This document shows, one piece after another, positions 24,846-37,253 of a DNA stretch of 64,000 nucleotides. Position numbers and translations under genes: made by a program. The stretch's first letter is position 1, and the number at the start of each line of letters is the position of its first letter. Origin of the DNA: Amoebidium appalachense (taxonomy: Eukaryota > Protista > Ichthyosporea); contig CAVNZM010000010.1 in the NCBI GenBank assembly GCA_963693365.1, positions 3,780,159-3,844,158 of the forward strand, written 5' to 3'. The notes under the pieces are model-generated. The model was not told the DNA's origin, searched no databases, and saw only the letters and a program-made list of their open reading frames with translations.

Positions 24846-25034
24846 TTTTTTTGGAATATCCACACACTGATACTAGAATGTGCATAGGCAAGCCCAAAAC
24901 ACAAACTGACAACCATGCACAAACACGAGTACGGACACAGACAGGCATGCACACACACCACTTCAACACATCCTCACAACCGTGGGATGCCCTCATGACT
25001 TACACACACAAATGGAAGGTAGGGAGGGGGGAGT

Positions 25035-25084
<50 letters not shown>

Positions 25085-25546
25085 GTGGAGGGGGGTGAAG
25101 GAATATGGGGGATCTGGCAGGAGGGGGGAGGGCATGGGGCCATAAAGAGAGGGCCTCAAGAGCAAAGGGAATTTGAGAGTACCTAAGAGGGATCCGGAGG
25201 GGTCAAGGGGGTCCCGGGGGGGAGGAGGAGGAGGAGGGGGGGGGGGGGGGAGAAAGAGAAAGATAGGGTAGAGGAGAAGAGGAGAGAGGGGGGAGAGGGG
25301 GAGGGGGAGGGGGGGGGGGGGGAAGAAAAGTTGGAAAGGGGAGGCGGGATGGGGGTGGGGTGGGGTGGGGTGGGGTGGGGGGGGGGAGGGCTTTGGCTGC
25401 TCTCACCTGTCTTCTCTCCATTCCCAGCTTCCTTCAGATTTCCAGATTTCAGCTCCTCAACCAAGGTGCATATCACAGGGAAAGAAACAAAGACTTCTCA
25501 AGAGAAAGAGAAGAAACTGGCCAACACAACCACAACATAAATCTCG

Positions 25547-25639
25547 TTACTGGACGTATTTCATGTCAAGACTGCCGATGAAGCTGCCCTCTAGAGTGCC
25601 AATCAGAAGTCTGCCTTTGTATGGCGTGACGGATGATAC
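25547..25639 (-). pseudogene. Isolated terminal exon resembling the C-terminus of strictosidine-synthase-like/APMAP beta-propeller proteins
   Basis: cacag acceptor then VSSVTPYKGRLLIGTLEGSFIGSLDMKYVQ*; no upstream exons found. Confidence 0.35.
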
Positions 25640-25722
25640 CTGTGTGCGTACACGTGTGTAAGGTTCTCTTTCAGATACTTTTTTATTTGGTTATTACATA
25701 TTCTTCCCTAAAAAGCGTTGTG

Positions 25723-25816
<94 letters not shown>

Positions 25817-25887
25817 ATCTCTCTGTATGTAGTAGTGGTGATAATGCAGGAGTGGTGGAAGGTATGTGTATGTCTGTGTGTGTGTGT

Positions 25888-25932
<45 letters not shown>

Positions 25933-26535
25933 GTCTGAAGCAAATTATTCGTTACCAAGTATTTTTCTTTTTTCAACTACACAACAAGCACGATGCAATA
26001 CACAGTACGACATATGCAAGGAAAACCAAACAGAAAATGGCAACACACAAACAGGGCACATCCTCAGGCGGTGCTCCGGACCACCTATAAACTTCCAGGC
26101 TGAGAGGGGCACGACACAAAAATTGAAGAGCTGTTCGCAAGGTAATGCAAAGGAGGGGCTTTTATCTTTTAGGTGAAAGGGTCGTGTATTCGTATAAAAC
26201 TACAAGGCAGTAAATCAGAGGTGACGGCTACGTGGTTCACATCTAGACGCACCCCCCAGTTTGTTGAGTTGCCACTGAAACTTTTCACTGTGAAGGCTTC
26301 TTTTTTGTTTGTGTTTGTTTTGTTTGCGCAAACGGTGTTTGCGCTACTTTTTTCCCTGCATAATGATTGGTTGACGTCATTTTTTTTTGACAGGAATGTT
26401 TCGCCATCTCGGTTTACATATGTGCCAAAGGGTGCGGGCAAAACTTGCCAGCGTACAGACCTTTATTAGCATGTTTGATTGCTTGAGTTTTTTTTTTTTT
26501 TTTTCTTTTTCTTCTCGCGTATTTCTTTTTCTTTC

Positions 26536-26645
26536 TGTAATATAATGACTCTGAGCCGGACCGCCTTGCCGCCGAGTGGCGGCGGCCGGCTGAGGCGGCC
26601 AGACGCCGGTGGAAGCACTGAAAAAATAATTTCCTAATCGCATTC
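26536..26645 (+). promoter_or_regulatory. Candidate promoter: TGTAATATAA followed by a GC/CpG-rich block, upstream of the C1 gene
   Basis: About 365 bp 5' of ATG 26901; same architecture upstream of ALKBH7. Confidence 0.4.
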
Positions 26646-26900
26646 CTCTGCGCGATCTGCTAGCCGTTGTCATCCCTTCAACTTGCGCTGGACAACGTTT
26701 TTATCAGTCTCAGTTTATGTACTACCACTGAAAAAGAAAACAAAAGCGCACCTAGTTTTCCTACTTTTCTTTTTGTTTCCCCCTTATAGCGCTGCTTCCC
26801 TCTTTAAGTATTTATATGATTTCAAAGTTTCCCTTCACGTTTTAAGTGTTTGTTATCGCGCCTCTATATACCTTGTTTTTTGAAGAAACCGAAAGGAAAA

Positions 26901-27055
26901 ATGGCACGAACCACGTTTGACGATGATTTGCTGAAGCTGCAACACAAACTGAAGGAGTGCAACATCGGCCAGGGAGGGTACTGCGCAGCATGTGATGTAG
27001 GTGAAAGTATGCTTTAGTGTACCGTTCTGTTCGTGCGTCCGTGTGTGCGCATGGC

Positions 27056-27120
<65 letters not shown>

Positions 27121-27329
27121 TGTGTGTGTGTGTGTGTCTGTGTCTGTGTGTGTGTGTGCGTGTGTGTGTGTGTGTGCGGGCGCGTGCATGGGCGCGTTCG
27201 TGGTTGCTGGGCCCCTGCGCGCGTGCGTGCGTGCGTACGTGCGTACGTGCGTACGTGCGTTCGTGGGTACCTGTGTACGTGAAATGCGTGCGTGTGCGTG
27301 CGTTTACATGTGCTTGCTTGCGTGCGTGC

Positions 27330-27388
<59 letters not shown>

Positions 27389-27663
27389 TGTGTGGGTGTG
27401 TGGGTGTGTGTGTGTGGGTGTGTGTGTGTGTGGGTGGGTGGGTGGGTGGATGGGTGGGTGGGTGGGTGGCAGGGTGGGTGTGCTGGGAGGGTGGATGTGC
27501 TTGATATACGTGTAGTTTGGGTTCATGCTCCTTCGTTTGTTCATATTTAACATGCTCACAGGGACGGGCGTAGCGATTCCGCAGGATGACCTTATTAGTG
27601 TGTGCTGGGATGTTTTCTTTGGTGTGGCGTGAGAGACCCTCTCCCCACCCCCCCCCTCCTTTT

Positions 27664-27694
<31 letters not shown>

Positions 27695-28680
27695 GGGAAG
27701 GGAGGGGGGTCCCTGTTTTCCTCCCCGCCTCCCCCTTGCTCTCACCCTCCCCTCTTTTTTCCACCATGCACAAACCTCTTGCCTGATTTTTATCATTGTT
27801 TCTCGCTCTCCTCCCCCCTATTCAACCATATTCCCCCCCTCCCACCCCCCTCCCTCCCCTCTCTCCCTCCTCCCCCTGTGGATGACTTGGGCCCCCTGAG
27901 GATGCGCCTTCTTATCGTTATGTGTGGCTCGCACTTTGCAATGTGTTGCCCGTTTTGAATATGTACTTCGTACTCTATAACACATCCTAACCCCTTCCCC
28001 CCTCCCCCACCCTCCTCCTCTCCCCTCTCCCACCTCTTCCCCCTCCCCCCTTCCGCGCCGCGGGTTACCTCCCCCCCCCCCCCCCCCCCCTCCCCCCCCC
28101 CCCCTCCGGCAGGTGTTTAACCCCGACTACGCCTGCACCGAGTGTGGTCTCAAGTTCCACCAGAGATGCCACGACACGGTTAAGGGGGCAAAGGTGTGCC
28201 CCAGGTTGCTGGAAAGGACCGAATTTTTGCGCAAACACAGAAACAACCCCAATTTCCACAACGTCATAAACCCCCGTTTTATCATGGACAGGCCGTTTTT
28301 GGTGACGGGGGCAGGGCTTGTTCAGCGCAGGCATGAATTTAAGAGCCACACGTACAAGAAGCCGACTCAGTGTACTGTGTGCAAGAAGTTGTTGACGGGG
28401 ATATTCAAGCAGGGTTACAGGTACGTGCATGCGCGGGTGGGCGGAGTGAAGGGGGGGAGGGGGGGGGGGAAGTGCCAGGAGGGGAAGGGGAAGGAGGGGA
28501 GGGGGGGAGGTTTATTGGGGTTGGAAGAGGTGATAGAGGACAAGGTGAAGGGGGGAGGGGGGGGGGGGGGGGGGGGGGATGGAATGTTTTTTTTTTTTTT
28601 TTTTTTTGGGCGTAGAGGCAGGGGAAGGTAAAGCAAGGATGTGTGTGTGTGTGTGTGTGTCTGTGTGTGGATGGGTGGGT

Positions 28681-28713
<33 letters not shown>

Positions 28714-30104
28714 ATGTGTGGGCCCTTTCGTGTGCACACGTGTGTGCGTGCTGCGCGTGCACGTTTAGGCTTGTGTGTGTGCAGAACACACTTAACCTGC
28801 TTGCTTCAGACTTTCGCCTTGTTTCCTCCCTAGGCCCCCTCCCCCCCCCCTCCCCCCCCCTCCCCCCCCCCCCCCTCCCTCCCTCCCATTCCCTCCCCTC
28901 CCCCCTTTTCTCTCTCTCTCCCTCCCTCCCACTTTCTTCCCCTTTCCCTCTCCCCCTTCCCCCCCTTCTCCTTCCCCCCTCCCCACCTCGCCCCCCTGTC
29001 TTCACCCCTCCCTTTGTCTCAGTGTCCCGTTCCTCTTCTCCTCACCCCCATTCCGGCTCTCTTCGTCTCACTATCTCACGTTTTTCACCATCACCACCTC
29101 CCTTTCTTTCTTCTCCCCCCCCCCCCCCCCCCCCCTCCCTCCCTCCCTCCCCCCATGCCCTTTCCACCCCCCCCCCCCCCCCCCCCCACGCCAACCCCCG
29201 TGCCCATCCCTTTCTTCTTCTCCTCCCCCCCCCCCCCCCCCCCCTCCCCCCAAACACACACACGCACAAACACGTACACAACTCTACACACATACACGTA
29301 CACACACGCCCACACTCGTACACACACGTACACACGTACACGCACACACACTTGCAGGTGCACCATCTGCCGGATCAACTGCCACGAGCACTGCCGCCTT
29401 CAGGACCCCCAGCACTGCGAGGGTGGGGACATTGGTCTTGCCAACAAGCCAGGCGCGAATCTTTTAATGGCCCCACAGGCAAAACTAACCGGAAATTTGG
29501 GAAATCCCGGTTCATCCGGAGAAATTCCGGCTCACGCCTATAACAACATCCCCAAGAACGCAAAGGAGATTGCTGCGGCTGGGGCGGCGGTCCAAGAACC
29601 GGAGGAACCGGAGCAAATATACGGGAATATGCCTGCAAAAGGGACATATATGAATATTTCGGCGGCAGCGAAAATCGCGGCGCAGGAGGCTGCGGGGGGG
29701 TCGACAAGATTGGAACCCCCCAAACGCGAACTTCCTATGCCGGTGACGCAAGCGGACAGCGACGATACGGGGGCCGGGGAGGAAGGGGAGGAATCTGACG
29801 GGGAGGAAAATACGGAAATTAACTGGAAGGGCTCTATACTGAGGGAACTTTATAGGCTCCCCCCCTTGATACGAAGGGGATAGAGGAATATCTCGTGGGG
29901 AATCCGGAGGAGGAAGAGGGGAATGAGTGGATTATGGAGCTGGTGATGTTGGCTAAACAAGGGCACAAGGATATTGAGTTGAATGTGAAGGTGCTATCTG
30001 AGTGCAACGATGATTTGGAAAAGGCTATGAGGAGGCTAGCGGGGTCGAAGAGCCCGAACGCCGCGGGAGGAGGGACGTCTCCGCGCATGGGCACACAGGC
30101 GTAA
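26901..30104 (+). CDS. Tandem C1 (PKC-type zinc finger) protein with three YxN motifs and a C-terminal UBA-like domain. Exons: 26901-26996, micro-exon 27585-27599, 28113-28420, 29358-30104 (one-base frameshift in the C7 run near 29860)
   Basis: HKLKEC..YCAACD|DDLIS|[20 protein letters not shown] and [20 protein letters not shown]|[13 protein letters not shown] fit the C1 pattern H-x12-C-x2-C-x13-C-x2-C-x4-H-x2-C. Tail [26 protein letters not shown] is UBA-like. Confidence 0.85.
27885..27991 (+). repeat. Intronic element copy (C1 gene)
   Basis: acttgggccccctgaggatg..gtgtggctcgcactttgcaatgtgttgcccg..tgtacttcgtactctataacacatcctaac. Confidence 0.85.
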
Positions 30105-30246
30105 AATTTGTTTGTTTGTTTGTTGATTGACCTATTTTCAGTTTTTTTCATGGAGAATTTACGGGGGTTGAGGATGATGGTGGCGGTGGTTAGAGGGGGA
30201 GGGGGAGGAGGGGGGATGGAGTGGATGTGTTGGTTGGGGAGTATGG

Positions 30247-30289
<43 letters not shown>

Positions 30290-31475
30290 GGAGGTCCGTC
30301 AATGGGTGGAGTTTCTTGTAGTATGTGCAGAAAATTAGAGCACAGGTATAGGAACAGAAGCAAGCGCACGTGCACATGACACACGGACGCACACACAAAC
30401 ACGCACGTACGTAGTACTACAGACACCCACACCCACCCACCCACCCACACACACACACACATCAGCACTATGTTTATTTATTTATCCACTCACCGGGGAT
30501 ATGGAATTGACGCGTGTTACCAGGTGAGTCCCAAAAAAAATTGTTTTGCATATACCTTACAGGTTAGCGATGGAATGGAGTAATCGGCTGATCGGTTAAT
30601 TTATCACCCCCGGGGGAGAAAGGGGGGGAGGGGGAGGGGGGGGGGGGGGGGGGGGGAGGGGAGGTTGTAAAGTGACGCATTATTAGTTCATTTATCAGCT
30701 AATATGGATGAAGCACATGGGTGTGTGCACAGTCTGCAAGGTGAATACCCAATGCCAATATTTGTGGTGTCTGGGGTGTATACGTACTAGGGTTGATGAC
30801 GTAGAGCTCTAGAGATGTTTAGTCTGTTCATGGTTTGTGCTCCCTTAACACCCCTTGGGATATAGAGCCGAGTATACTTGAATAGCTGCATGGAATGTAT
30901 CGTAAGATAATTTAGTTAACGCCGTGTACATGTTAAAGATGATAGCTTGGAAATAGATATACGCAGGAGGTTAAGAGAAGATACTCATAAGGTTGCTATA
31001 ATATAAACAAAACAATATTATAACTCGTTCAGTGAGTAGACATTGGATTATCCACTGTCAGGCGGCACTGCCTGGGCCTGCCTGTACAATTTTCCATATC
31101 CGACCAAAATCATATCCAATCCTGTACACAAAAATTTTGTGCACGTGCGCATGCACACACCTATAGCTTGTCATAGTGTGTTCGGCCAGACATATCCATA
31201 TGTGGTTGTGTAGGTCTCGTGTAATCGCTCGCGCACGTGTACCTGTGTGGTGCGTGTGCACGTGAGTGAGAGAGAGAAAGAGAGGGAGGGAGCCTCTGAG
31301 AGAGAGAGAGAGAGAGAGAGTGTGTGTGTGTGTGTGTGCATGTACATGTGCTTGCACATGTGCGTGTGCGTGCGCATGTGGGACCACGAGAGCATGCACG
31401 GGCACATGCACATGTTTGTCCATGTACGTGTACGTACACAACATTTTTTCTTCCCCCCCATGTGGTGGTCACGTT

Positions 31476-31511
<36 letters not shown>

Positions 31512-32030
31512 TGTGTCTGCGTGCGCGCGCACACATTCGGTATGGGGGGGGGGGGAGCCCGGGGATCACGGTTCTTGAATATTGATATAATCTACATTTA
31601 TTCATGCAACGGGTTGATAATCGGAAGGCCCAGACAAACCTTCACTCATAAATCAATATACAAAAAGGCGCGGGCCACACAGGACAAATAAGCAATCTGA
31701 ATACGTGATTAAAATTTATTACGTTTTTTAAAAAGAGGAAAGAGAGAGAGAAAGGAGGGGTTTTGCTGTAGCCCATGATCAGTAGGCAACTTCAACCTAT
31801 CTTTTAAACTCTAAGGGCACCCTTCGAGAAGGAAAAAAAAACACCATGTTCGGTTACGCATAGCCATGGGATTCCCATCCCGAAAAGCGCGGGGGGGGGG
31901 GGGGGGGGGGGGGGGGAGGGGGGATGAAAAGCACAGAGGGGTCGTTTTCTTGGGCTCGGATGAGAGAAAAATAAACTAATGAAGTTGAAAAGGGAAAAAA
32001 AAAGAAAAAACCTTCTCATGGTAGGTGCAA

Positions 32031-32172
32031 TTAATTTCCGAGGGGTCCATTAATCTCGACGGCATCTCTGAACATGAGGGATATTCTGCGCTCACACGAC
32101 ACGGCCCTCCCCTTCCAGCTCTGTACCCCCCCAAGCACGGCGTGTGCCCAGTCGTATCTCATCGTGCGCCTG

Positions 32173-32216
<44 letters not shown>

Positions 32217-32431
32217 ATGTTCGTCAGTATGTGTAGGTTTTAATATCCCACGCCTTCATTAATGCCACCTTTTTATTGGCTAGATCCCCCCCCCCCCCCC
32301 CCCCCCCTTCTAACACACACACACACACGCGCCACCACCAGCATACACACACAGTCACACATAGTTTACACATAACGCCTGTGCACGCACGCACAGAAAC
32401 AGACCCCCCCCCCCCTCCCCCTATCCTCCTA

Positions 32432-32478
<47 letters not shown>

Positions 32479-34314
32479 GCCCCCCACCCACCCACCCACC
32501 CACCCACCCACACACAAACACACCACCACCACAAACTCTATCATATCACATGAATAAAATCCCTCAGCTGCATCCCCCCCCCCCCCCCCCCCCCCCCCCC
32601 CACCCACCCAAAAAAAAAAAAAAAAAAAAAAAAAGGAAAAACAAAAAACCAGAAAAACAAAACCAAAAAAAAAAAAAAAAAGAAAGAAAGAAAACAGGGA
32701 CCCACCTCATAACGTAGAGCATGCCCGGTTCCAGATATAGTCTGACCAAAGGGGCCGATTCATCCCCCTCCTTTGCATCCACCGGCCTAAACTCCATAAT
32801 GCGGGGAGAGAGAAGACACAGCCCGGCAACAGTCGTACCACAGTACTGTTAAAAGGAAGGGGGGGGGGGGGGGGGGGGGGGGTTTGAATGCGTCAAAAAG
32901 TACGAAGTACAGGGGGGAGATGAAGGGGGGAAAGGTAAGAATGCGTCAAGACAACATAGACAACAGACAATAAATGGGGTTGGGGGGGGGGGGGGGGGGG
33001 GGGGGGGTTAGAATGCAGAACACGGCACGAAGTACAGCTAAACGATAAAAAACACAGAGCAGGATACACGCAAAGACAGACATTTAAGTATGGAACATCA
33101 GCAAGGCAGGCAGTATGCAACATTAGCAGAGCACATCCTCCGAGGGGGGCCAGGGGGAGGGGGGAGGGTTAAAAACGGGTTAAAGAGTACCAAGTGCACA
33201 ATTAGGACGGACAAAAGCAGAAGTTGGGCAGCACACACAGAGAACATACGGGGGTTAGTGGTTTTTGCGTGAGAGGGTGTCAACCATGAAAGCAAAGGTG
33301 TAAATCCTTAATAAAAAAAAAGAAGAAGAAGACAAGCGACATCAGCAGAACCCGTGGTCAGGAGGATGGGCAGAAGGGGGAGGGGGGAAAGGGGGCGGGG
33401 GGGTTATGAAGGAGAACGGTGGAGGATTAAAGAGTGGAAGCACGGGGGGGAGAGGGGGCGGAGGGGGCGGGGGGGACAGTCAAGGGAGAGGAGAGAGGGA
33501 AGGAGAGGGGAGGGAGTTTTGGTGGGGAAGGGGGGGGGGTGGGAGGATTGTTAGATGAAAGTGCACAGTACAGAGCACAAATGGGTAAAGGGGGTAACAT
33601 ATTGACCCCTACATGCAAACTTCCAACCGCTATTCTCTTCCGGTCCAGCCATGGAAATATCCCAAAGGGGTGGGGCGGGGCGGGGCGGTGCCGGGGGGAG
33701 GAGGAGGGGGGAGGGGGGGGGGGGGGGGGGGAGGGGGGGGGAGGGGGGGGGGAGGGGGGGGGGGGGGGGGAAGGCGGGGGGGCTGAATGTCTTATGAGTA
33801 CGAAGCACACATTTACAACAGACAACATAATGCAGAGTGCAAGCCACGGATAAAGAGTATGCATGGTAAGCAGAGCCTAAGGAGAGGGAGGGGGGACGGG
33901 GGGAGGAAGAGGAGGAGGAAAGGGGGAGGGGGTGCGGGTGGAGGGGCGGGGAGGAGAGGGAAGAAGGGGGGGGGGGGGGGGGGGGGGTATAGTTACATCA
34001 TTATCGCGGTGTGCCTTGATATGTCCTGTTGCGTTCAGATCCAACACGTGCAAATAGTTGAACCACTTCATGTCCCGAGCAAAAACTGGGCACTGGTACA
34101 CCCGATCTACCACGGCGCGGCTGGCTGGGCTCCATCGGGTAAGGCTTTTGCTGATTTCACGGTAGTCGTTTATGACTGTGTCCCAATGTCCTGTGCAGGG
34201 AAGAAAAAAACAAATAAAAAATGAAAAAAAATAAGTTGAAAACAAGTTAAAAATGAGTAAAGATAAAAAGTGAGAGTATGGTGAGTGGTAGGAAAGACAT
34301 GTGACATCCCCCCC

Positions 34315-34345
<31 letters not shown>

Positions 34346-36077
34346 ATTCGGTCTCTCTCTTTCTCCCTCCTCCCCCACCCCCCACTCCTCTCTCCATCTC
34401 CCCCTCATCCCCCCCCCAACACGCCACTTGCCCACCCTGGTCCCATCTCGCTTCTCCATCCTCTTCACAAGATCCCATACCCCTATCCCTGACCCAAACG
34501 ATCCCACGATCTGCTCCCACCCCAATCCCCTTCCCGCCACTCTCATATTCTCTCCTTCGACTTGTCTATCCATACACCGTTGTCATGTTCTTGTATACAT
34601 ATATTTTCCGGCATTCTTTCATTCTGCCATTGCTGCCCCCCCCCCCCCCCCCCCCCCCCCAAAAAAAAAGGCAAAAAAAAAAAAAAAAGCCCACACCCAC
34701 CGTCACCACCCGGGGCAGCTCTCACCCCCTCCTCCTCCCCCCCCCCCCCCCCCCCCCCCCCTCAATCCCGTGCCCTCTCTGCCAATCTCACGAATACATA
34801 CACACGAGCGCGAAATGAACAACGTAATAGGAATAATTCAAAAAGACATCCGAACTGATAGCGAGTATCCCCACCCGTTCCTCCCTCCCCCTCCCCTCCC
34901 AAATCTCCCCCCCCCCCCCCTCTCCTCTCCTCCCCCCCCCCCCCCCCCCCGCCTCCCCGCCCTTCTCTCATGCCACCATCCTGCTCATGGGGGCAGACCC
35001 ACCCCATCATTCCCGACAACAAGAAAATCTAGATAAGAGAAAGAATAAATGGGTGGTTCCTGAATAGTTCACGTAAAGTAGTTCATTTCTTTTTCATTTG
35101 CCTGGGGGCAGGGGGAGGAGGGCTGGGCGGGGGGCGGGGGGGGGGGAGGGAGGGCCGGCGCTTGTCCGGGGGGAGGGGGGGGGGGGGAGGGGAGGGGAGG
35201 GGCCGGGGGAGGGGAGGGGGAGGGAAAGAAAACGTGCATGTGTGTGCCGCTCTTCCATCGTGTATGATGTATACAACAAACATAGGTTTGGCTATGAAAG
35301 TGAATAACGATGCCTTAAGATATAAAGGCACGCAAAAAAAAAAGGGTGTGTCTGGGGGGGGGGGGGGGGGGGGGGGGGAGAGAACAAGGAGGAAAGGGGG
35401 GCGAAGGATAGACCTCGGGCGATGGAAGAATATGGCGGGGGAGGAGGGGATGGCAAAGGAGGGTTTCCTTTCGTACGACCTTAAAGGAACGAAACGAGGA
35501 AACTAAGGACATCCAACGGGTCGAGCAAGATTTGAGACACAGGCCTGCACTTGATTATTGAGCTTGTTCTGTGAAAAACACCTCCCACCCCTGCCCCCCC
35601 TCCTCCCCCCTTCTTCCCAAACAGAGGAAACCTTTCAAAAATAGCAGAGGCGAAAAGACAAATCCACATTTACCAAGAACAATTAGACACACCCATGTAC
35701 ATACCTTTCTCCCACCTCCTTCTCTTCAACTCCGGTTCGAGCTCCTTTGCAAGCATGTCATGTTCCTGCTTGGTCAAAAATTGGGGGAGTGCTACCAAGT
35801 CGTCAGAAACGAAAGAGGGGCCTGCCTTTGTTGCATCAACATAGTAACTCGGATCTTTGGGTGCTTCTGCCCAGCTACATGTTGGCTCTACTGAATGGTT
35901 TTCCTGAGAGTTTTCACTTGTTTTCGCCGTGTGATTGCTACAAAATGTCCGAGAAAAAGGTAATAATGTTCGACGTTGTTGAGAGCAAGAAAACGATGAA
36001 AGTAACGGTTGGGATGTGAGTATTGAAGAGGTGACAGCGCGCCTAAGCGCACACGTTCTCAACAACGGAAAGCTCAT
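32031..36077 (-). CDS. ALKBH7: Alpha-ketoglutarate-dependent dioxygenase AlkB homolog 7, probably mitochondrial. Exons: 36077-35705, 34190-33997, 32845-32706, 32169-32031
   Basis: ELEPELKRRRWEK|GHWDTVINDYRE..W..ASRA..LHVLDL..GHIKAHRD (HxD)..|YCGTTVAGLCLLS..LEPGMLYVMR|..RYDWAHAVL..RRISLMFR. Arg/Ser-rich presequence-like N-terminus. Phases consistent. Confidence 0.93.
32882..33880 (-). repeat. Cluster of about 5 full or partial intronic element copies in ALKBH7 intron 2 (about 32882-32910, 33007-33152, 33168-33255, 33550-33590, 33783-33880), separated by C-rich tracts
   Basis: Reverse complements contain gtggcttgcactctgca..tgtgtgcttcgtactc, gaggatgtgctctgct..gtacttcgt..cattctaac, ttgtccgtcc..gtgcacttggtactct. 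Confidence 0.75.
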
Positions 36078-36319
36078 GTTTTTGGTGTGTTTGCAGTGCT
36101 AGTGTGGCAGGATGAAAGCTGAGTAGAGAGCATGTTCTCTCTCGGCGATCGAGCTGCCCCCTCCCTATCTCAGACAACAGCGCCGACTTTGCGTAGCGAC
36201 TCTGCAACTATAGCGACAAACATGAAACATGTATGTTACAGGTCTTTCAAAAAACTGACTCGTTCGTATGTACTGACACAGATGTACATAAAAGAACGTT
36301 CCAGGTCAGGATCCACGCC

Positions 36320-36417
36320 GGCCTCCGATTGCAGATTTTCGCGCCATTTTCCCCCGGGCGATCGCGGGCCGGCGGCGCGGCCGCCCGGCGCTTCCCGGCG
36401 CCCGCTCTTATATTACA
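36320..36417 (-). promoter_or_regulatory. Candidate promoter: TGTAATATAA plus GC/CpG-rich block with an E2F-like TTTTCGCGCC, upstream of ALKBH7
   Basis: About 340 bp 5' of ATG 36077. Confidence 0.4.
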
Positions 36418-36559
36418 TAAACACGTGTGAAGTAAGATACACGGGCATCTTTTCAATGGGAGAGGGTTAATGGGAGAGGGTTAGGGATGAACTAAAAAAA
36501 AAAAAAAAAAAAAAAAAAAGGAGCTCGAGTTCGAGGAAACCTCAGTTAACGATCAGTAA

Positions 36560-37138
36560 TTTTTATTTTTATTTTATCCCGTTTCACTCCCGGCGAGGCA
36601 CTGCCTCAGGGGAGCTTACCGTCTTCCGCCTAGACACAGATCGTACTGTATAGCACACTCATAAGTCAGGATTCTAATTGACCCCAACTGGCACTATTTT
36701 TAGTTACGCCTTATCCCACGGTTCTAGCCGCAGTAACGCTAGTGGGGAATGAGCACAGCTCACTTTAACAACACCAGCCGGGAGCGACCCGGGACACATA
36801 CACAAACATAAAGACTTGAAAGGGAAGACCCCATGCCCAGGACGCTGACCCGAACCGTGGCCGGTGACTCGGATTGGTCTCCCACTTGAACGTTGGGCCG
36901 GGATGCCCAAGCGGCGCGCCGTCGACGTCAGAGGGCCGGTGCTGTTCCTGACGTCATGTCTTACGGCCGGGTGATAACAAATTGGTGGTGCTGCTTTGAC
37001 GTGGTCTGGGGTGATGGCTTCTAGGGGGCGGCCAGACCGGTGGACCGTCGAGGCAGAAAAAATCGGAAGTAACCAGGATCGATCCTGCGACTTTGAGCTT
37101 GACACGCAGAGATCTTACCATTGCACCAACCCGCCCCC
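36560..37138 (-). mobile_element. Full-length tRNA-derived SINE (~580 bp) with A-rich tail and perfect 17-bp target-site duplication
   Basis: Minus-strand 5' end GGGGGCGGGTTGGTGCAATGGTAAG (A box) ... GGATCGATCCTG (B-box-like). 3' end ..GAAACGGGAT followed by (TAAAA)n-type tail. TSD cagttaacgatcagtaa at 36543-36559 and 37139-37155. Confidence 0.9.
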
Positions 37139-37215
37139 CAGTTAACGATCAGTAAGGGGGTGGGTGGTTGGGGCAGGGGGTGTAGGAGTGACCGGGAAGC
37201 TTGGGGCTTCGGGGA

Positions 37216-37253
<38 letters not shown>

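Noticed and set aside
36565-36630. Hammerhead ribozyme in SINE and retro-fragment tails (CTGAGG..GAAAC)
   Set aside because: Core lacks CUGANGA and I could not build the three required stems
37065-37138. tRNA gene
   Set aside because: A/B boxes present but no convincing cloverleaf; it is the head of a TSD-flanked SINE
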